The translations under genes were made by a program, and so were the position numbers. 13,285 bases of DNA, taken from NCBI GenBank assembly GCA_046757025.1, contig JBHHXN010000145.1, forward strand, positions 1 to 13,285, given 5' to 3'. This DNA comes from a bacterium. GTDB taxonomy: Bacteria > Zhuqueibacterota > Zhuqueibacteria > Oceanimicrobiales > Oceanimicrobiaceae. This document shows, piece by piece, positions 1-7,838 of the stretch (its first letter is position 1; the number at the start of each line of letters is the position of its first letter). The notes beneath the pieces are model-generated. The model was not told the origin of the DNA. It searched no databases and saw only the letters and a list, made by a program, of their open reading frames with translations.

Positions 1-12
1 TAGTTCCTTAGC

Positions 13-28
13 ATACTACATGTAGTAC
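13..28. promoter_or_regulatory. Candidate NrdR box / palindromic operator
   Basis: ATACTACATGTAGTAC contains the perfect 14-bp palindrome TACTACATGTAGTA (14-27). It matches all six strongly conserved positions (C4,A6,A8,T9,T11,G13) of the NrdR consensus acaCwAtATaTwGtgt. Confidence 0.5.
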
Positions 29-278
29 ACTTTACCAGACTTGGGAGAAGAACCAGTAGTTATTTGATAATCCTGTGTTCTGGTGCAAAGCGCCTTTTTT
101 ATCGTAAAACAAATAGTCGATTTTAAAATGACTTTTTAAATAAATGGCGGCATTCTCATATTTTGGATTTTTTGCAACGAAAGTTATTATAAAGAATTAT
201 GTGAATTCAGCTTGAGAAAAATACCTTAAAAACAATTGATTACACAACTGCGAAACTTGAGTTTTTTATTTTACATTG

Positions 279-450
279 ATGAGTATCTCGTAAAAAGTGC
301 CGTTTCGTGCCATCGTGAGGAATCCCGCTAAAGTGGGATGACGAAACGCTCTAAAAATATCAATAACTTAGCATGGATGCGTTCGCTTCGTTCCGCACAC
401 GCTGCTGGACTCGCCATGGCCGCCTGGAATCCTTTTTACGAGATACTCAT
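279..450. mobile_element. MITE-like element with perfect 19-bp terminal inverted repeats and an internal REP-like hairpin
   Basis: ATGAGTATCTCGTAAAAAG (279-297) is the exact reverse complement of CTTTTTACGAGATACTCAT (432-450). Inner arms are GCCATCGTGAG (309-319) and CTCGCCATGGC (410-420), with hairpin ATCCCGC-TAAA-GTGGGAT (322-339). Non-coding; no clear TSD. Confidence 0.75.
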
Positions 451-471
451 TCATAATTTAAAGGATGAGTC

Positions 472-1647
472 ATGCCCAAATTCCCACAATTTTCCAATCG
501 GGTGACAAAGATTACCGGCTCGGTTTTTGAAAAATATCGCGATAAAATGATCGCGCAGGGGGAAAACCTGGTGAAACTGCATATCGGAGACACCTATTTA
601 CACCCGCCTTATGAATTGCCTGTGCACGAGTCTTTTTGCAATGCGAACAAGATTTTCAATCAATACTGCGACACGTTCGGTATCGCGCCGTTGAGAGCGG
701 CGCTGGCGGAAAAGCTGCAAACCGACAATCAGGTGCCTGCCGCAAAAGCGAACATTTTGGTTACCAGTGGTGCCACCAACGCCCTGAGCGTCAGTGTGAT
801 GACGCTGATTGAGCCCGGCGAAGAGGTGCTGATTTTGACGCCGGCCTGGCCGTTTTTCTTTGGCATGGTCAAGATGGCCGGCGGACAGATTATCGAAGCG
901 CCCTTTTACACAAAGCTGTTTGATCACTTGGAGCTGGATATTGGAGATTATTTACAATCCTTTGTGTCTTCAAAAACAGCGGCCATTTATTTAAATACAC
1001 CAAACAATCCCAGTAGTAAAGTGCTCAACTATGAGCAAGTTCGGCAGGTAGCTGAGTTTGCCCAAAAGCACGATTTGTGGGTGATTTCGGACGAGGCGTA
1101 CGACGGGCTCACTTTCGACGGTCTGCCGCATCATTCCATTGCCAGCCTACCTAACATGTTCGAGCGTACGCTGTCCATTTTTACCTTTTCAAAAACTTTT
1201 ATGTTTGCAGGGCTGAGGTTGGGTTTCCTCGCGGCCAGCGCGTCCGCCATCACCAATCTCAACAAAAGTCTGGTGCACCAAATTTACAGTCCCTCCACCG
1301 TGGCACAGCAGATGATGGTGGAGCCGGTCAAAAACCTAAAACAATGGCTGCCACGGGTTCAGGAGCGCTTTCAGGCGCTGCGGGATGTGGTGATGGATAA
1401 TTTAGCCGTGGATTTCCCGAAACCCGAAGGCACGTATTTCGTTTTTTTTCCTGCAACCAAATATCTGCGAGGTCGCGATTACTGGCAGCTCATTGAGGCG
1501 TGCCTCAACGCCGGCGTCTCGGTTGCGCCGGGTGACAGCTTCGGCCGGGATTTCTCCGAATATATTCGCCTTTGTTTTACCGGGGAGCCGCCGGAAAGGT
1601 TAGAAATGGGCCTGGAAAGGTTGAACCAGATTTTGCTTTTTAAATAG
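472..1647 (+). CDS. PLP-dependent aminotransferase, class I/II (aspartate aminotransferase family)
   Basis: 391 aa with G..PLRAALAEK, VTSGATNAL, NTPNNP, ISDEAY, FSKTF..AGLRLG (PLP lysine), PEGTYF and YIRLCF. AAGGA RBS at 461-465. Confidence 0.95.
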   Translation: MPKFPQFSNRVTKITGSVFEKYRDKMIAQGENLVKLHIGDTYLHPPYELPVHESFCNANKIFNQYCDTFGIAPLRAALAEKLQTDNQVPAAKANILVTSGATNALSVSVMTLIEPGEEVLILTPAWPFFFGMVKMAGGQIIEAPFYTKLFDHLELDIGDYLQSFVSSKTAAIYLNTPNNPSSKVLNYEQVRQVAEFAQKHDLWVISDEAYDGLTFDGLPHHSIASLPNMFERTLSIFTFSKTFMFAGLRLGFLAASASAITNLNKSLVHQIYSPSTVAQQMMVEPVKNLKQWLPRVQERFQALRDVVMDNLAVDFPKPEGTYFVFFPATKYLRGRDYWQLIEACLNAGVSVAPGDSFGRDFSEYIRLCFTGEPPERLEMGLERLNQILLFK

Positions 1648-1707
1648 AAACGTATTCTGATTAAGAACTTTTAATTTGAGAAACATGCAAGAAACACGAG
1701 GAGAAAA

Positions 1708-2511
1708 ATGCTAAAGGTTGGATATCTGCAATTTCGACCCCTGTTTGGAGCGGTTGAGAAAAATTTGAACAAAATCGTCAAATCTTTGAACCCGGTCTCG
1801 GCGGATTTGATCGTTGTGCCGGAGCTGGCATTAACGGGTTACTATTTCAAAGACCGAGAGGAAGCAACAGCGCTGGCTGAAAATCCAGAGGAGTCAGCCG
1901 CTGTTGTGAACCTGATTGCGCTGTGCAAAGCCCGCGACTTTTATCTGGTCGTCGGTTTCGCAGAAAAAGCCGGCGCTAAGATATTTAACAGCGCCCTGCT
2001 GCTGGGCCCCGAAGGTCTGGTTCATATTTATCGTAAATTGCATCTGTTTAATGAAGAAAAAAACTGGTTCGATCCTGGAGAGACAATGATTCAGGTGCAG
2101 GAAATCCGCGGAGCAAAAGTAGGAATCATGATTTGCTTCGATTGGATTTTCCCGGAAGTCACCCGTGTGTTAGCGCTCCAGGGCGCGGACGTCATCTGCC
2201 ACCCCTCCAACCTGGTACTGGACTATTGTCAGCAGGCCATGCGGTCGCGCTGCCTGGAAAACAACGTGTTTGCCATTACAGCTAATCGTTTTGGCGCGGA
2301 TAAAAGACCGCACGGGGAATTGCGATTTACCGGCAAGAGTCAAATTGTGGCGCCAAAAGGCGAGCTGCTGCACCGCGCCGTCTCGCAGCGGGAAGAAGTA
2401 TTCGTCACGGAAATCGACCCGATTATGGCGCGGGATAAAAACATTACACCTCTGAACGAGATTTTTTTGGATCGCCGTCCAGAGTTTTATGCTCCCCTGA
2501 CTCGTAAATGA
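1708..2511 (+). CDS. Carbon-nitrogen hydrolase (nitrilase superfamily; omega-amidase/Nit-like)
   Basis: 267 aa with the Glu-Lys-Cys triad in VPELALTGY, YRKLHL and ICFDWIFPE, plus R.LENN, ANRFG and C-terminal DRRPEFY. GAGGAG RBS upstream. Confidence 0.93.
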   Translation: MLKVGYLQFRPLFGAVEKNLNKIVKSLNPVSADLIVVPELALTGYYFKDREEATALAENPEESAAVVNLIALCKARDFYLVVGFAEKAGAKIFNSALLLGPEGLVHIYRKLHLFNEEKNWFDPGETMIQVQEIRGAKVGIMICFDWIFPEVTRVLALQGADVICHPSNLVLDYCQQAMRSRCLENNVFAITANRFGADKRPHGELRFTGKSQIVAPKGELLHRAVSQREEVFVTEIDPIMARDKNITPLNEIFLDRRPEFYAPLTRK

Positions 2512-2859
2512 AGCAGCAGTGGACGCGCTGGTTTTGGGCGACTGCCAACAATTGCGCGAGCTGCTCAAACAAAATGAAAGGCTGACGAAAGCGAGATCGT
2601 CTTTCGGTCATCGTGCCACGCTGCTGCATTATTGGGCGGCAAACGGTGTGGAAATTCGCAGACAAAAGATCCCTCTGAACGCCGTTGAGATGGCAAAGAT
2701 GTTGATCGCGGCGGGTGCGGATGTGAACGCGCGGGCAAATTGTTACGCAGCGAATTCGATACGCTGGCGCTGCTGGTCACCAGCGCGCACCCGGCCAAAG
2801 CGGATGTAAAGGATGCGCTCGTGCGGACGTTGCGTGACGCCGGGACAACAGCGGCTTAA
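2510..2859 (+). pseudogene. Ankyrin-repeat-like protein remnant, 5'-truncated and frameshifted
   Basis: One frame reads EAAVDALVLGD...HRATLLHYWAANGVE...AKMLIAAGADVNARANCY (ankyrin-like TLLH..A and LI.AGADVNA). The ankyrin-like sequence continues in another frame from 2749 (SEFDTLALLVTSAHPAKADVKDALVRTLRDAG..., TAA 2857-2859). One added base near 2747 restores the frame. No RBS before the GTG at 2519. Confidence 0.75.
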
Positions 2860-3027
2860 TCACGAATAAGTGATCTGAGTTAATGATTTTTTGTTGCCTG
2901 AATAAGCAAGGTCCAAAGTATGCTCTGGAAACGTGGTAATCGTTTTAAAAACGTACCTATATTTCTTTTTTACCTACTCAAATTATTTATCTTTCACAAA
3001 AACATTTAAAATATCCAGAGTATGGTG

Positions 3028-3062
3028 AAAATGCTTGCATTTTAACAAAAATATTTTAAAAT
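3028..3062 (+). promoter_or_regulatory. Candidate sigma70 promoter overlapped by a palindrome, upstream of the molybdoenzyme operon
   Basis: TTGCAT (3035-3040), 16 bp, TAAAAT (3057-3062). The -35 lies inside the palindrome AAAATGC-TT-GCATTTT (3028-3043). The AT-rich context makes a chance match possible. Confidence 0.3.
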
Positions 3063-3129
3063 GGTAATTATCAATTCATAATATCCTACCAAATTAAAAA
3101 TTCTTTTCATCTCTAAAAGGAAAATTCTT

Positions 3130-3783
3130 ATGGAAGATCCCAGAAATAAAACTAAGCCGAGTGAGGGCACGAAAGGTATTTCTCGGCGCCGCTTTTTAAA
3201 GGGTCTTAGTTTGACTTCCGTGGGCGTGGCCGCGGTGCCGGGCGAATCCATTTTAGCCCGTCTGCGCAACACCGGGCTGCTGTCTCTCGATGGCAAAGTG
3301 TTAGGTCCCGATGCCGTGAGCCTTGTTTTACATGTCAACCATAAAAAAAGGCCGGTGCGAGTGGAGCCGCGAATGACTCTGGCGGAAGTGCTGCGCGACC
3401 GATTGCAATTAACCGGCACCAAAGTGGGTTGTGATCGCGGTGCCTGCGGGGCGTGCACCGTCATCCTGGACGGCAAAGCCGTGAACTCGTGCATGACGCT
3501 GGCGGTGGATGCCGTGGGGTTGTCCATTGAAACCATCGAAGGGTTGAGCGCCGAGGAGGCGCCCAACAGCAAATTGCACGTGATTCAACAATCGTTTGTG
3601 GAGCACGACGCTTACCAGTGCGGGTTTTGCACTTCCGGGATGATCATGAGCTGCAAGAATCTCCTGGACGATAATCCCCACGTGGGCATGGAAGAGATCA
3701 AAATGGCCACCAGTGGCAATCTCTGTCGCTGCGGGACTTATCCAAAAGTGTTCGAAGCGATTGCGGCGGTAAGCGATGGTTAG
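3130..3783 (+). CDS. Xanthine dehydrogenase family 2x[2Fe-2S] subunit with Tat signal (PaoA/YagT-like)
   Basis: Twin-arginine motif SRRRFLK followed by a hydrophobic stretch. Fe-S motifs GTKVGCDRGACGACTV...NSC and QCGFCTSG...NLCRCGTY. Confidence 0.95.
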   Translation: MEDPRNKTKPSEGTKGISRRRFLKGLSLTSVGVAAVPGESILARLRNTGLLSLDGKVLGPDAVSLVLHVNHKKRPVRVEPRMTLAEVLRDRLQLTGTKVGCDRGACGACTVILDGKAVNSCMTLAVDAVGLSIETIEGLSAEEAPNSKLHVIQQSFVEHDAYQCGFCTSGMIMSCKNLLDDNPHVGMEEIKMATSGNLCRCGTYPKVFEAIAAVSDG

Positions 3784-3919
3784 CGATTCTTCGTTTGTGG
3801 AAAAGCCGCTTCACGGCCAGAGGCATGTCGATCGGATCGATAACCGCTTTTGGTATTTTGATTAAAATAAAAAATGAAAGTCAGAAAAAAATCGTAGCCA
3901 CTTTTAATAGGAGAGACCG

Positions 3920-6229
3920 ATGTCAAAAGAAGTGAAGCTCCAAGTGGGGGTGCAGGATAATTTGCATGAAGTGTCTGTGGAAATTCCTGACGACACGCCC
4001 AAACCCTGGGACGGCTCAGATAAATTAAAATACATCGGCAAGAGAGTTGCCCGGATAGATGGCCGGGATAAAACTACCGGCCGGGCCAAATACACCTTTG
4101 ACATGCAGCTTCCCGGCATGCTTCATGCCCGATTTTATCGCTCGCCTTATCCCGCTGCCTTGGTTAAAAGTGTCGACACTTCGCAGGCGGAAAAATATCC
4201 GGGGGTAAAAGCGGTGTTGTTGGTGCCAGATAAATTGCCTATGGAAGTTAGATTTGCCGGCCAGGAGATTTTGGCCATTGCGGCTGAAACTCCGCATCAG
4301 GCGGAAGAGGCCATGAAGCTCATAAAAATCGACTACGAAATCCGTGATTTTGTGGTCGATGTAGATGCTGCCAAAAAGCCGGAGGCGCCGCTGGTTTTTG
4401 ATAAGCGGGTGAAACAACAAACCACCGAAGGCGATGTTCCGGACGCAGCCTCGAAGGTGTCGCAATCCGGCAACATTCGCGGTCCGAATATCCGACCCCG
4501 AGACGCCACGCCGGAGAAAGTGGATGCGGCCATCGCGCAATCCGATGTGGTGGTGGAAGCGACTTACAGAACCCAGGTGCAAACGCACAGCGCTCTGGAG
4601 ACCCATGGCGTAGTGGCGCAGTGGCAAGACGAAGAACATTTAGAGGTCTGGGCGTCGACTCAGGGTACCTTCTCTGTTCGAAATGAATTGGCCGAGGTGT
4701 TTGAGCTGCCCAAAACCCATGTCCGGGTTGTGACGAAATACATGGGTGGCGGATTTGGGGCAAAGTTTGGCGCCGGCATTTATGGCGTCATGGCCGCGAA
4801 ATTGGCACGCAAAGCCAAAGCGCCGGTGCGGCTGATGCTCGACCGTAAAGAAGAGCATCTCGCTGTTGGCAATCGACCCAACTCGGTGCAAACGCTTACA
4901 TTGGGAGCCAGCAAAGACGGTAAATTAAATGCCATCAAATTGATTTCTTACGGTACCGCCGGCGTCGGTACCGGCGCCGGCACTTCGGGGCCGGCCAGAA
5001 ACATTTACGAGTGTGAAAATATCTACACCGAAGAATCCGATGTGTTCATCAACGCCGGGCCGGGCGCCGCTTTTCGTGCGCCAGGACATCCTCAGGGAGC
5101 CTTTGCCCTCGAACAGTGCATCGATGAATTGGCCTACAAATTGAAAATGGATCCCATCGAGTTTCGCAGAAAAAACACCCTGAATAATGAGATTCGGCAA
5201 GTTGAGTACGAGCTTGGCATGAAGAAAGTGGGCTGGGCGCGGCGCAATCCCAAACCCGCGGCCAGCAAAGGTCCCATTAAGCGCGGGCTGGGAGTGGCCA
5301 ATTCCGTCTGGTACTATTTTTACGGTACTGGCTACCAGGTGACCATTCAGGTGAATAGCGACGGCTCGCTGGAGCTCACCAACGGCGTGCAGGATATCGG
5401 CGGCGGCATCGGCACCATCATGGCCATGGTAGTGGCGGAAGAGCTGGGATTGCAACCCACCGATGTCAGCGTCAACATCGGTGATACCAATTTTGGACTG
5501 GGACCCGCCAGCGGCGGCAGTGTCACCACCGGCGCAATTACTCCGGCCACGCGCAACGCGGCTTATTTAGCAAAAATGAAAATGTTCGAGATTGCGGCGC
5601 CCATTTTAAAAGTGACGCCGGCAGAATTGAGCGCACAAGACGGTAAGATTTTTGTCACCAGCGATGCCTCCAGGAGTCTTACCTGGAAACAGGTCGCCTC
5701 CAAAATTACCGGCGAAACGTTTTCGGTCACAGGTGAACGTGTGAAGGATTACCGGGAAGTTAGTCCGCGTACCATCGCCGGTGTGCAGTTCGCTGAGGTT
5801 GAAGTGGACACCGAAACCGGCGTGGTGATGGTGCAGCGGGTAGTAGCGGTGCACGACTGCGGGCGCCCCATGGATCGTTTAACTCTGGAAAGCCAGATCA
5901 ACGGCGGCATCATTCAGGGCATCAGTTACGCTTTGTTTGAAGATCGCATTTTGGACCGCAACACCGGTATCATGGTGAATCCCAATCTGGATCAGTACAA
6001 GATCGCCGGCTCCCTGGACATCCCCCGGATCGAATCGATTATTTTGGATGTGAACCACGGTCAAAACAGCGCGGGCGCTATCGGCATTGGTGAGCCTGCC
6101 ACGGTGCCAACTTCTGCTGCCGTCGCCAACGCGGTATTTCACGCCATCGGTGTGCGAATCCGCGAATTACCGATGACGCCAAGCAAAATCCTGGCGGCCC
6201 TGGAATCCAGTCAAGGAGGTACCTCATGA
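3920..6229 (+). CDS. Xanthine dehydrogenase family molybdopterin-binding subunit (PaoC/YagR-like aldehyde oxidoreductase large subunit)
   Basis: 769 aa with RIDG.DKTTG.AKY, GGGFGAK, FRAPGHPQG, QDIGGG, SGGS, QINGGIIQG and GIGEP (catalytic Glu). AGGAG RBS upstream. Confidence 0.95.
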   Translation: MSKEVKLQVGVQDNLHEVSVEIPDDTPKPWDGSDKLKYIGKRVARIDGRDKTTGRAKYTFDMQLPGMLHARFYRSPYPAALVKSVDTSQAEKYPGVKAVLLVPDKLPMEVRFAGQEILAIAAETPHQAEEAMKLIKIDYEIRDFVVDVDAAKKPEAPLVFDKRVKQQTTEGDVPDAASKVSQSGNIRGPNIRPRDATPEKVDAAIAQSDVVVEATYRTQVQTHSALETHGVVAQWQDEEHLEVWASTQGTFSVRNELAEVFELPKTHVRVVTKYMGGGFGAKFGAGIYGVMAAKLARKAKAPVRLMLDRKEEHLAVGNRPNSVQTLTLGASKDGKLNAIKLISYGTAGVGTGAGTSGPARNIYECENIYTEESDVFINAGPGAAFRAPGHPQGAFALEQCIDELAYKLKMDPIEFRRKNTLNNEIRQVEYELGMKKVGWARRNPKPAASKGPIKRGLGVANSVWYYFYGTGYQVTIQVNSDGSLELTNGVQDIGGGIGTIMAMVVAEELGLQPTDVSVNIGDTNFGLGPASGGSVTTGAITPATRNAAYLAKMKMFEIAAPILKVTPAELSAQDGKIFVTSDASRSLTWKQVASKITGETFSVTGERVKDYREVSPRTIAGVQFAEVEVDTETGVVMVQRVVAVHDCGRPMDRLTLESQINGGIIQGISYALFEDRILDRNTGIMVNPNLDQYKIAGSLDIPRIESIILDVNHGQNSAGAIGIGEPATVPTSAAVANAVFHAIGVRIRELPMTPSKILAALESSQGGTS

Positions 6230-7218
6230 ATAAATTTGAATATGCTTTGCCCGATAAATTAAGCGATGTGTTTGGCTATTTAAAGCACCCAAATGCCTCC
6301 ATCAAAGCCGGCGGCATTGATCAGCTCGATTTGATGAAGGAAGGCATTGCGACGCCCGCGCGGCTGGTCAATATTCGCAATCTGAAAGAACTGCATTTTA
6401 TCAAATCTGATTCAAAACGGGGTCTGATCATCGGTCCCAATGTAACCCTTGGAGAGTTAGCCGAAGATAATAATCTGAAAGGCGCCTATCGTGCGCTCGC
6501 CCAGGCCGCGCACGGCACGGCCACACCTCAAATTCGCAATTCTGCCACGCTTGGCGGAAATATTTGTCAGCGCCCCCGCTGCTGGTATTTTCGCAGCAGC
6601 GATTTCAATTGCAGCCGTAAAGGCGGTGAAACCTGTTTTGCAATTGAGGGTGAAAATCAGTACCATGCCATTTTCGGTAACCAGGACGGCTGTGTCATCG
6701 TGCACCCTTCTGCCACCGCGGTGGCGCTGATGGCGCTGGATGCGAAGCTCAAAATCGTCTCTGAAAAGTCCGAACATGAAATCGCCATCGATAAATTTTT
6801 CGTGGCTCCGGCAGAGGACATCACGCGCGAAAATGTTTTGAAAGCCGGCGAAATGATTTCTGAAATCGTTCTGCCGCCGGCGCCGGAAGGGTTCATCAGC
6901 TTCTATTTTAAACAAAAAGAAAAACAGGCTTTTGACTGGCCATTGGCCGAAGTCGCAGTTGCCCTGACCATGAAAGACGGCAAATGCCGCAATGCACGCA
7001 TCGTGTTGGGAGCGGCTGCGCCGATCCCCTGGCGTGTGCCGGCTGCTGAAAAATTGTTAGTCGGGCAAGCCATTTCTGTAGAGCTTGCCAGGAAGGCCGG
7101 AAATGAAGCCGTAAAGACCGCCAATCCTTTGTCACTCAACACCTACAAAATTGCCGTTTTCAAAGCCGTTGTTTATCGTGCAATTTGTTGGGCAACCGGA
7201 ATAGACCCATTTGCATAA
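6226..7218 (+). CDS. Xanthine dehydrogenase family FAD-binding subunit with extra [4Fe-4S] insert (PaoB/YagS-like)
   Basis: 330 aa with KAGGID, ATPQIRNSATLGGN and the Cys insert RPRCWYFR...NC.RKGG..C...DGC..VHPS. ATGA overlap with the upstream stop; AAGGAGGT RBS. Confidence 0.95.
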   Translation: MNKFEYALPDKLSDVFGYLKHPNASIKAGGIDQLDLMKEGIATPARLVNIRNLKELHFIKSDSKRGLIIGPNVTLGELAEDNNLKGAYRALAQAAHGTATPQIRNSATLGGNICQRPRCWYFRSSDFNCSRKGGETCFAIEGENQYHAIFGNQDGCVIVHPSATAVALMALDAKLKIVSEKSEHEIAIDKFFVAPAEDITRENVLKAGEMISEIVLPPAPEGFISFYFKQKEKQAFDWPLAEVAVALTMKDGKCRNARIVLGAAAPIPWRVPAAEKLLVGQAISVELARKAGNEAVKTANPLSLNTYKIAVFKAVVYRAICWATGIDPFA

Positions 7219-7229
7219 AAGGAAATCTT

Positions 7230-7451
7230 ATGAAACATCCAAAACCCTCACAATGCCGACATCTTCGTACGAAGATGACATACGTTCCTGACCAGGAGAA
7301 CGCAGAAAACTGGCGCATGGTCGATTCCACCACCCGGCAATATTGGTGCCTCTGTACCATGTCAACGGCGGGCCCTGACAACGACCTGGTGACGCCGGAG
7401 CAATGCCAATCCCAGCGTAGTTGTTACAAAGAAGTGGATTTGATTGTTTGA
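7230..7451 (+). CDS. Small Cys-rich hypothetical protein (73 aa), probable metal-binding partner of the molybdoenzyme
   Basis: The ATG at 7230 follows an AAGGA RBS (7219-7223) and starts 11 bp after the FAD-subunit stop. Sequence MKHPKPSQCRHLRTK...YWCLCT...GPD...PEQC..QRSCY, with 5 Cys. Confidence 0.8.
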   Translation: MKHPKPSQCRHLRTKMTYVPDQENAENWRMVDSTTRQYWCLCTMSTAGPDNDLVTPEQCQSQRSCYKEVDLIV

Positions 7452-7549
7452 GATCTTTACCCATTGATCTTAACGCACAAGATTTTGATGTGGAAAAATT
7501 GGGTATTCACGCTTTAGCGTGTCATCTTTCCTCACCGCAGCACGCTGAA

Positions 7550-7728
7550 GAGACTGTGTGAAAAAGTGATATCGCAACTAAAAACCCGATGTACTATTAT
7601 TGTCATCCCGTAACCGCGGGATCTTTTTAAGAAACAGCACTTTACTTCAAGACTAAAAAGATTCCTCCTGCATGTCCCGCAAGGCGGGGAATGACAAAAG
7701 CCCGGAAGTTGACTTTTCACACAGGCTC
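7550..7728. mobile_element. MITE-like element with IS1182-like termini, 4-bp TSD and internal REP-like hairpin
   Basis: TIRs GAGACTGTGTGAAAAAGT (7550-7567) and ACTTTTCACACAGGCTC (7712-7728), flanked by direct repeat TGAA (7546-7549, 7729-7732). Inner arms TGTCATCCCG (7601-7610)/GGGAATGACA (7687-7696) and GGGATCTTTTTA/TAAAAAGATTCC. The IS family link is from recalled resemblance only. Confidence 0.75.
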
Positions 7729-7838
7729 TGAAGCCTGTACACCTGAAAATCCATTCGGAGTAATATTTGCTGAAAAAGTCAGATTGTTTTGGAGAGAAAA
7801 TTATTAAGTGGAATCTAACTTTATTATAAGGAGGTAAT

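Noticed and set aside
2860..3129. Moco riboswitch upstream of the molybdoenzyme operon
   Set aside because: Very AT-rich with only short palindromes; no multi-stem GC-rich structure recognised. An Rfam scan would settle it.
3920..6229. Aerobic CO dehydrogenase large subunit (coxL)
   Set aside because: The active-site loop is AFRAPGH, not AYXCSFR (form I) or AYXGAGR (form II). The Tat signal and FAD-subunit Cys insert point to a Pao-like enzyme.
7185..7229. Longer 88-aa start for the Cys-rich ORF given in the ORF track
   Set aside because: It is a TTG start inside the FAD-subunit gene without an RBS; ATG 7230 has AAGGA at proper spacing.
4025..7381. Many minus-strand ORFs of 60-204 aa across the molybdoenzyme genes
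   Set aside because: They overlap well-supported + strand genes and have no protein-like motifs. The same applies to shadows over the other genes, e.g. 3042-3572 and 10538-11224.
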